Source: an uncultured delta proteobacterium
GTDB taxonomy: Bacteria; Myxococcota; Myxococcia; Myxococcales; Anaeromyxobacteraceae
Reading direction: 5' to 3'
DNA: 64,000 nt
NCBI GenBank assembly: GCA_963766715.1
Contig: CAVYBH010000015.1
Span: forward strand, 288,001-352,000
Shown here: in pieces, positions 56,064 through 64,000 of the stretch
Layout: each line of letters opens with the position of its first letter
How positions within the stretch are numbered: the first letter of the stretch is position 1
Translations under genes and position numbers: made by a program
The notes under the pieces: generated by a model
What the model was told of the DNA's origin: nothing
The model's database searches: none
What the model saw: the letters and a program-made list of their open reading frames with translations, nothing else

Positions 56064-56186
56064 GTCGAGCGCCGAGACCGACGCGAGGCGGGCGCCCGAG
56101 GAGCGAGCAGCGGAGACGTAGTTTCCCTACGTCGAGCAGCGCAGCCGACGAGGCCGCCCGCCGCAGCGAGAGGATCGGCGCTCGAC
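56064..56186. repeat. 123-bp nested inverted-repeat element (REP/MITE-like)
   Basis: GTCGAGCGCCGA/TCGGCGCTCGAC terminal IR, GGCGGGCG/CGCCCGCC inner IR, central GACGTAG-N5-CTACGTC. Confidence 0.7.
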
Positions 56187-56188
56187 GC

Positions 56189-57650
56189 CTACATGCGCAG
56201 AACGGCGGCGCGAGCCCAGGCGGTCAGCGGCTCGGGCGTGAAGCCCAGCACCACCACCACCAGCGCGGCCAGCGCGATCGCGAAGGCCACGGTGGCCGGG
56301 GCCGAGGCCGGCTCCTCCCCCTCGGCGGGGCGCATGTACATCGCGACCACCACCCTCAGGTAGTAGAAGACGCCCAGGATGCTGGTGAGCACGCCCACGA
56401 TGGCGAGCCCCCAGGCCTTGGCCGCGGCGGCCGACTGGAAGATGGAGAGCTTGGCGACGAAGCCGGCCGTGGGCGGGACGCCCGCGAGCGAGAGCATGAA
56501 GATGGCCATCGCGAAGGCCAGCCAGGGGCGGCGCGCGGCCAGCCCGGCGAAGCGCGAGATGTCCCAGGCGCCGGCGACGTCGGCGTCGGGGTTCGGATCC
56601 TTGCGCTCCAGGACCGCCACCACGGCGAAGGCGCCCACCACCGTGAACGCGTAGGCCGCCAGGTAGACGAGCACGGCCGAGAGCCCCTGGGCCCGGGCCG
56701 AGGGGTCGAAGGCGGCGACCACGCCGACGAGCAGGTAGCCCGCGTGGGCGATCGAGGAGTAGGCCAGCATCCGCTTCACGTTGCGCTGCGGCAGCGCGAA
56801 GAGGTTGCCGACCACCATGGTGAGGACGGCGAGCAGGCCCAGCATCCCGCCGAACTGGGCGGAGACGGCGAGCGGCGTCCCGGCCACGACGGCGAGGGCC
56901 CCGCGGGTCAGGAAGGCGAAGGCCGCCGCCTTCACGCCGGCCGCCATGAAGGCGGTGACCGGGGTGGGCGCGCCCTCGTAGACGTCGGGCGTCCAGGCGT
57001 GGAAGGGGACCGCGGCCACCTTGAAGCCGAGGCCGACCAGCACCAGCGCGAGCCCCCCGGCCAGCAGCGGACCGCCGCCGCGGGCGAAGGCAGGCGAGCA
57101 GCGTGGAACCGGTGGCGCCGTACACCAGCGCCGAGCCGTAGAGGAAGATGGCCGACGCGAACGAGCCGAGGATGAAGTACTTGAAGGCCGCCTCGGGCGC
57201 GCGCTGCCCGCGCCGCGGGTAGGCCGCGAGCGAGTAGACGGCGAGGCTCATGATCTCGATGGCCACGAAGGCCAGCAGGAGATCGGTGGCCATGCCGAGG
57301 AGCACCATGCCGCTGGCCGCGAAGAGCACGAGCGCGTAGTACTCGCCGCGCTCCATGTTGCGCCGCTCCAGCCAGCCCCGGCCGAGCAGCACCGAGAGCA
57401 CGAGCCCCGCGCAGACCACCACGGTGACGAAGCCGGCGAAGCCGTCGGCGACGGCCTGCCCGCCGAAGATGACCCGCTGGGGCGTGAAGGGGACCACCAC
57501 CGCGGCGGCGAGCCCGAAGGCGATGGCCAGCCCGGACTGGTAGCCACGCGCCTCCGAGCGCAGGAACACCTCGGAGAGCATGAGCGCCAGCGCCCCGAGG
57601 ACGAGGAGGAAGAAGGGCAGGAGCGGCGCGAGATCGAGGCTCGACGGCAT
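56189..57650 (-). CDS. nuoN: NADH-quinone oxidoreductase subunit N (indel near 57085)
   Basis: [53 protein letters not shown]. Confidence 0.93.
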
Positions 57651-57651
57651 G

Positions 57652-59287
57652 TCAGTGGCTCCCGTGGGCGGGGGCGGCCGGCTCGGCGGGCGCAGCCTCG
57701 GGCGCCGGGGCCGGGACCAGCCGGCGGGCGCGCGAAGGCCAGCGCCGCCGGCTCGGTGCCGACGAGCGGGCGCAGGTCCGGGTCGGCCTGGCGGAGCCGC
57801 TGCTCGGCCGCCTGCATGCGGACAATCAGCCGGTCGACCGAGGGCTTGGCCTGGTCGAGGAACGGCTGGGGCACGAGCCCCATCACCAGGATGAGCACCA
57901 CGATGGGCACCATCACGAAGGCCTCGCGCAGGGAGAGGTCCGGGAGGTGGCGGTTCTCGGCGTTGGTGATCTTGCCGAAGAAGACCTTCTGCATGAGCAC
58001 CAGCATGTACACGGCGCCGAGCACGACGCCGGTGGCGCCGAGGGCCGCGTACCAGCCCGGAGCCCGCAGCCGGGACAGCCAGGTGCCGGAGAGGATGAGG
58101 AACTCGCCCACGAACCCGTTCGTCCCGGGGAGGCCGATGGACGAGAGGGTGACCACCAGGAAGACGGTGGCGATCCAGGGCACCTGCTTGGCGAGGCCGC
58201 CGTACTCGGAGATGAGCCGGGTGTGGCGCCGCTCGTAGAGCATGCCGACGAGGAGGAAGAGGCCGCCCGTGGACACGCCGTGGTTCAGCATCTGGTAGAC
58301 CGAGCCGGTCAGCCCCTCGGCCGTGATGGCCATGAGCCCGAGCATGACGAAGCCCAGGTGGGAGACCGACGAGTAGGCCACCAGCCGCTTCATGTCCTTC
58401 TGCACGAAGGACATGAGCGCGCCGTAGGCGATCCCGAAGGTGGCCACCGCCGCGATGGCGCCGCGGTACTTCAGCGCCGCCTCGGGGAAGAGGGGCAGCG
58501 CGTAGCGGAAGAACCCGAAGGTCCCCATCTTGAGCAGCACGCCGGCCAGGATGACCGAACCCGCCGTGGGCGCCTCGGTGTGGGCGTCGGGCAGCCAGGT
58601 GTGGAACGGGAACATCGGGACCTTCACCGCGAACGCCAGCGCGAAGGCGCCGAAGAGCAGGGCGCCCACCGCCGGGGACACTTGAAGGGCGCTGCGGGCG
58701 ACCACGTAGTCGAAGGACCTCCCGTCGTTCATCCACACGTAGAGGATGGCGATCAGCATGAGGACGCTGGCCGCGAACGTGTAGACGAAGAACTTCACCG
58801 TCGCGTAGACGCGGTTGGCCGAGCCCCAGACGCCGATGAGCAGGTACATCGGGATGAGGATGGCCTCGTAGAAGACGTAGAAGAGGACCAGGTCGAGCGC
58901 GGCGAAGGTGCCGATCATCGCGGTCTCGAGGAAGAGGAGCGCGATGAAGAACTCCTTCACCCGGTCCTGCACGGCGTTCCAGGCCGACAGGATCACGATG
59001 GGCGCCAGCACCGTCGTGAGCATGACGAGCAGGAGCGCGAACCCGTCGAGGCCGACGTGGTAGCCGATCCCGAGCGAGGAGATCCAGGGGACGTTGGTCT
59101 CGAACTGGAACTCGGGCGCGCCGCGCGACGGGTCGAAGCCGAACCAGAGCCCGAGCGACGCGAAGAAGGTGGCCAGGCTCACCACGAGGGCCCAGGCCTT
59201 GTGCTGGTTGCCCTCGCCCCGCGGCAGGAGGGCGGCGACGAGCGCGCCGACCAGCGGGAGGAAGAGGACGGCGTTCAGGAGGGTCAT
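57652..59287 (-). CDS. nuoM: NADH-quinone oxidoreductase subunit M (indel near C-terminus)
   Basis: KVPMFPFHTWLPDAHTEAP, LLKMG, KRLVAYSSVSH, GLPG..GFVGE. Confidence 0.94.
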
Positions 59288-59289
59288 GG

Positions 59290-61314
59290 CTAGTTCCCCC
59301 CCGAGGCCAGGACGGCCCAGAGGACCGCGGCGGCGCCGATGGCGATGACGGTGGCGTAGCGCTGGAGGTTGCCGTTCTGCCAGCCGCGCAGCACGTCGCC
59401 GATCGAGTAGACCGCCTTGGGCACGCCGTTCACGAAGATGCCCTCGATGGTGAAGACGTCGACCGCCTTCCAGAGCACCTCGGCGATCTTCTGGATCGGC
59501 CGCAGGAAGAGGAAGTCGTAGAGCTCGTCGATGCGGAACTTGTCGGCGACCAGCCGGAAGAAGGCGGGGAAGGCGGCGACGAACCAATCGGGGAAGCCGC
59601 GCATCGATCCGGCGTACATCTGCCAGCCGAGCCAGCCGGGGACCAGCGCCACCAGCCAGGCCACCGCGTACGGCCAGATGGCCGAGTGCTCCTCGATGCC
59701 CAGGATCTTGTAGGCGCGACCGAAGACGGGGTTGGTGAACTGCTGGAAGAGCTCGGCGTAGTGGTGCCCGACGAGCCAGGCCGGCAGGCCGAGCACCAGC
59801 GCCACCACCGAGAGGAAGGCCAGGATCCAGAGCGGCAGCGTCATGGTCCAGGCGGACTCGTGGGCGTGCTCGGCGGTCTTGGTGCGGGGCGGGCCGGCGA
59901 AGGCCAGCGCGAAGGCCCGCACCATGTAGAAGGAGGTGCCCGCGGCGGCGGCGGTCCCGAGGAAGTAGGCGATCTTGCCCACCGCCGGCCAGGCCGGGTT
60001 GTGGCTGAAGAGCGCGCCGGCCAGGATGGCGTCCTTCGAGAAGAAGCCGGAGAGCGGGACGATGCCGGTGATGGCCAGCGTGGCGATGAGGAAGGTCTTC
60101 CCGGTCGACGGCATCCGCTTCCACAGGCCGCCCATGTTCCGGATGTCGAGGTCGTCGTGCATCGCGTGCATGACGCTGCCGGCGCCGAGGAAGAGGCAGG
60201 CCTTGAAGAAGGCGTGCGTCATCAGGTGGTAGACGCCGGCCGAGTACGCGCCCGCGCCCACGCCGATGAACATGATCCCGAGCTGGCTCACCGTGGAGTA
60301 GGCGAGCACGCGCTTCAGGTCGTACTGCGCGAAGGCGATGATGGCGGCGAACAGGGCCGTGGCCGCGCCGATGAAGGTGACGACCGCCATGGAGGCCGGC
60401 GCCAGCACGAAGAGGAAGTTGGTGCGGGCGACCAGGTAGACGCCGGCGGTCACCATGGTGGCGGCGTGGATGAGGGCCGAGACCGGGGTCGGGCCGGCCA
60501 TGGCGTCGGGCAGCCAGACGTAGAGCGGGAGCTGCGCGCTCTTGCCGGCGGCGCCCACGAAGAGGCCGAGGGTCGCGAAGGTGATGGCGGCCCGGAGGGT
60601 CCAGCCGGAGAAGACGCCGGTGGTGAGCACCCAGTCCGGGCGGACGGCGAGGGCCTTGGCGGAGAGCTGGCCGAACTCGGCGGTGCCGAAGACGGAGAGG
60701 ATGGCGAAGAGGCCGAGCAGGAAGCCGAAGTCGCCGATGCGGTTGGTGACGAAGGCCTTGCGCCCCGCGTAGGCCTTCTCGTCGTCGGTGTACCAGAAGC
60801 CGATGAGGAGGTACGACGCGAGCCCCACCCCTTCCCAGCCCACGAAGGTGAGGACCAGGTTGTCGCCGAGCACGAGCGTGAGCATCGCGGCGATGAAGAG
60901 GTTCAGGTAGGTGAAGAACCGCGCGTACCCGGCGTCGTCCTCGTGGGACATGTACCCGGTCGAGTAGAGGTGGATGAGGAAGCCCACCCCCGTCACGATC
61001 AGGATCATCGTCCCGGACAGGCGATCGACGAGCAGCCCCCACGGGACGGCGATGGGCGCCCGTCCGGTCGCGTCGACGACGCGGAACCACCAGTCGCCGA
61101 CGAAGTGCAGGTTGGTTCCGCCGGCCACCCAGGCGAACGCCACCAGCGAGAGCAGGAACGACCCACCCACCATGGCGAGCGCGAGGAAGGCCACGTTGCC
61201 GCGGCCGAGCCGGCGCCCGAAGAGCCCGTTGACGAGCGCTCCGGCGAGAGGGAGGAGAATGATGGCCCACAAGTAGCTCTGGGCCGCAGCCGGGTTGTCC
61301 AGGAGCGAGGGCAT
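59290..61314 (-). CDS. nuoL: NADH-quinone oxidoreductase subunit L
   Basis: GWEGVG, NRIGD, GKSAQLPL..WLPDAMAGPTPVSALIHAATMV, THAFFKA. Confidence 0.96.
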   Translation of the reverse strand: MPSLLDNPAAAQSYLWAIILLPLAGALVNGLFGRRLGRGNVAFLALAMVGGSFLLSLVAFAWVAGGTNLHFVGDWWFRVVDATGRAPIAVPWGLLVDRLSGTMILIVTGVGFLIHLYSTGYMSHEDDAGYARFFTYLNLFIAAMLTLVLGDNLVLTFVGWEGVGLASYLLIGFWYTDDEKAYAGRKAFVTNRIGDFGFLLGLFAILSVFGTAEFGQLSAKALAVRPDWVLTTGVFSGWTLRAAITFATLGLFVGAAGKSAQLPLYVWLPDAMAGPTPVSALIHAATMVTAGVYLVARTNFLFVLAPASMAVVTFIGAATALFAAIIAFAQYDLKRVLAYSTVSQLGIMFIGVGAGAYSAGVYHLMTHAFFKACLFLGAGSVMHAMHDDLDIRNMGGLWKRMPSTGKTFLIATLAITGIVPLSGFFSKDAILAGALFSHNPAWPAVGKIAYFLGTAAAAGTSFYMVRAFALAFAGPPRTKTAEHAHESAWTMTLPLWILAFLSVVALVLGLPAWLVGHHYAELFQQFTNPVFGRAYKILGIEEHSAIWPYAVAWLVALVPGWLGWQMYAGSMRGFPDWFVAAFPAFFRLVADKFRIDELYDFLFLRPIQKIAEVLWKAVDVFTIEGIFVNGVPKAVYSIGDVLRGWQNGNLQRYATVIAIGAAAVLWAVLASGGN

Positions 61315-61383
61315 AGGGAGGCGAAAGGATTACCTTCTTCGAACAAGGGAGGCAATCACCTTGTGAATGGCTATCATGCCGCC

Positions 61384-62833
61384 GTGACCGCCCCCCGGGA
61401 CGCTGCCGCGGAAGCCCGAAAGATCCCCAAGGCCGACCGGCTGCTGGCTGCCGCCGGCCGGGCCGGGATCACCGGCCGGCTGGGGCACGCCCCGGTCATG
61501 GAGGCCATCCGGGCCGCCCTGGACGAGGTCCGGGAGTCGGTGCTCGCGGGGGCCCCCTGCCCTCCCCCGGAGGAGGTCGAGGCCCGGTTCCTGGAGCGGC
61601 TGGCCTCCGGCGCCCGGGGAACGCTCCGGCCGGTGGTCAACGCGACCGGGGTGGTGATCCACACCAACCTGGGAAGGGCCCCCCTTTCCCGGGCCGCCAT
61701 CGAGGCGATGCAGGAGGCGGCGGGCTACTGCAACCTGGAGTTCGACCTGGAATCGGGGGATCGGGGCGACCGCTACGGCCACGCCGGGGCTGCGCTGGCC
61801 CGCCTGGCCGGCGCCGAGGCGGCGCTGGTGGTCAACAACTGCGCCTCCGCCGTGCTCCTCGCCCTCTCCGCGCTCTCCGAGCGGCTGCCCGCCCGCCGCG
61901 AAGGGGCCTCGCTGCCCGTGGCCGAGCCGGGCGCCGCCGGGCGACCCGAGGTCCTGGTCTCCCGGGGGCAGCTGGTCGAGATCGGCGGCGGGTTCCGGGT
62001 GCCGGACGTGCTCCGGCGGTCGGGCGCCGACCTGGTGGAGGTGGGCACCACCAACCGCACCTACCTCGCCGACTTCGTGGGGGCCCTCTCCCCGCGCAGC
62101 CGCATCGTCCTCACCGTCCACCGCTCCAACTTCAGGATCGAGGGGTTCGTGCACGACCCCACGCTCGCCGAGCTGGCCGACCTGGGCCGGCGCGCCGGCG
62201 TCTGGGTGGTGGAGGATTCTGGGCTCCGGCGCCCTCTTCCCCACCGCGCCCTTCGGCCTGGGGGAGGAGCCCACCGTGCCGGAGCGGGTCGCGGCGGGCC
62301 CGGACGTGGTCTGCTTCTCCGGAGACAAGCTGCTGGGCGGCCCGCAGGCCGGCATCCTGGCGGGGCGCCGGGAGGCCATCGACCTGTGCCGGCGCCACCC
62401 GCTGCTGCGGGCGCTCCGGGTGGACAAGGTGACGCTGGCCGGCCTGATCGCCACCCTCGCCCACCACGAGCGGGGCGAGGCCCTGCGGGAGATCCCGGTC
62501 TGGCGGGCCATCGCCTGGAAGCCGGAGGAGCTCCGGGCCCGGGCCTCGGCCTGGCGGGACGCGCTCTCCCTCCCCGGCGTCGAGGTCCTGGAGGGCCAGT
62601 CCGCCGTGGGCGGGGGAACCTTGCCCGGCGTGACGCTCCCCACCTTCGTGCTCGCCCTGGCTCCCGGGGACGCCGACGGGCTGGCCCGCCGCCTCCGCGA
62701 GGCCTCCCCACCGGTGGTGGCCCGGATCGAGGAGGGGCGCGTGCTCCTCGACCCGCGCACGGTGCTGCCCGGGGAGGACGACGCGGTCCTGGCCGCGATC
62801 CGCTCCGCGGTGTCCGCGCCGGTCAGGGATTGA
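61384..62833 (+). CDS. selA: L-seryl-tRNA(Sec) selenium transferase (indel near 62220)
   Basis: VVNATGVVIHTNLGRA, SRGQLVEIGGGFR, EVGTTNRT, FSGDKLLGGPQAG, RALRVDK. Confidence 0.95.
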
Positions 62834-63518
62834 AGCGGTAGCCCACTCCCCGCACCGTCTCCAGGAAGCGCGGACGGTCGGCGTCGTCGCCGATGTGGGC
62901 GCGCAGCCGGGCCACGAAGTTGTCCACGGTGCGCTCGGTGCCGATGTAGAGCGACCCCCAGACCGCCCGGGTGAGCTGCTCCCGCGAGTAGACGCGCCCG
63001 GGGTGGGCCACGAAGAAGGCCAGCAGGTCGAACTCCCGCGAGGTCATGGCGACGACCTGGCCGTCGACGGTGACGCGCCGCTCTCCGAGGTCCATCTCCA
63101 CCTTGCCGAAGCGCTTCACCTGCCGGTCGGGACCGGTCGCGCCGGCGGCCCGCCGGCGGCGCAGGGCCGCGCTGATCCGCGCCAGGAGCTCCTTCAGCCC
63201 GAAGGGCTTCACCACGTAGTCGTCGGCGCCCAGCGCCAGCCCGGCCACCTTGTCGGCCTCCTGCCCCTTGGCCGACAGGATGAGGATGGGCATGTCCGGG
63301 TCCTCCTTGCGGAGCTCCCGGATCAGCTCCAGGCCGCCCAGGCGCGGCAGCATCACGTCCACGATGAGCAGGTCGGGACGCTCGGTGCGTGCGATGCGCA
63401 GCCCCTCCTCGCCGTCGGTGGCCGTACGCAGCTTGTAGCCCTCCATGGAGAGGTTGAGGTCGAGCCCGCGCAGGATGGACGGGTCGTCCTCGATGATCAG
63501 GATGCGCTCTCCGCTCAT
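62823..63518 (-). CDS. OmpR/PhoB-family response regulator
   Basis: [34 protein letters not shown]. Confidence 0.95.
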   Translation of the reverse strand: MSGERILIIEDDPSILRGLDLNLSMEGYKLRTATDGEEGLRIARTERPDLLIVDVMLPRLGGLELIRELRKEDPDMPILILSAKGQEADKVAGLALGADDYVVKPFGLKELLARISAALRRRRAAGATGPDRQVKRFGKVEMDLGERRVTVDGQVVAMTSREFDLLAFFVAHPGRVYSREQLTRAVWGSLYIGTERTVDNFVARLRAHIGDDADRPRFLETVRGVGYRFNP

Positions 63519-64000
63519 GGCTGTGGGGCCTCCGCGATCGGCAGCAGGATGGTGAACGCCGCTCCCTTTCCCAGCTCGCTCTTCACGCTCACCTTCCCGC
63601 CGTGCGCCTCGACGACGTGCTTCACCATGGAGAGCCCCAGGCCGCTTCCCTCGATGGTCCGCTCCAGGGGATCCTTGCCGCGGTAGAACTTGTCGAAGAT
63701 GCGCTTCTGGTCGGCGCCGGGGATGCCCGGGCCGTTGTCCTGCACGACGATCTCCACGGCGTTGCCGGCGGCGCGGGCCAGCACCGTGATGCGCTTCTCC
63801 GGGCCGGTGTACTTGAAGGCGTTCTGGAGCAGGTCGACGACCGCGTCGGCGAGCGCGTCGCGGTCCACGCGGATCTGGGGAAGCCCCTCGGGCAGCTCGC
63901 GGATCACCTCGGCGCCGGTCTGGAGCCGCTGGGGCTCCAGGGCGCGCAGCGCGTCGTCCACGATGGGCCCCACCGGCTGGCGGCGGAAGTCGTAGCTGCG
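63515..64000 (-). CDS. Sensor histidine kinase, C-terminal HATPase part (truncated by window)
   Basis: [23 protein letters not shown]. Confidence 0.92.
   Translation of the reverse strand, partial: RSYDFRRQPVGPIVDDALRALEPQRLQTGAEVIRELPEGLPQIRVDRDALADAVVDLLQNAFKYTGPEKRITVLARAAGNAVEIVVQDNGPGIPGADQKRIFDKFYRGKDPLERTIEGSGLGLSMVKHVVEAHGGKVSVKSELGKGAAFTILLPIAEAPQP

Overview
Very GC-rich bacterial chromosomal window whose gene content points to Myxococcota, probably an Anaeromyxobacter-like anaerobe (inference from selA/selB, a split nuoLMN block, a zinc-ribbon/GYF/TPR protein and a multiheme cytochrome). About 20 otherwise intact genes, including nuoN, selA and selB, are broken by apparent small indels. 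These are read as assembly errors, not pseudogenes. Content: an Asn/Asp catabolic cluster (dcuA-aspA-ansB-DcaP porin, aspT), an alcohol dehydrogenase, a globin-like plus B12-binding putative photoreceptor, lipase, MFS transporter, acyl-CoA dehydrogenase, amidase, cold-shock protein, ADP-ribosylglycohydrolase, triheme cytochrome, patatin, asd, a fused NfnAB-ferritin-like protein, tpx, FHA-degenerate GGDEF, TolC, a glycosyl/acyl modification operon, hslO, selB, a sigma54 two-component pair, nuoLMN, selA and an OmpR-type pair. No rRNA, tRNA, CRISPR array or transposase was seen. The most notable non-coding signal is a pair of candidate sigma54-driven stem-loop sRNAs pointing outward on both sides of asd (~24090-24215 minus; ~25709-25864 plus). 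About 30 kb away is a kinase/enhancer-binding regulator pair in a gene order recalling the Myxococcus pxr locus, but with a 123-bp hairpin element where the sRNA would be.
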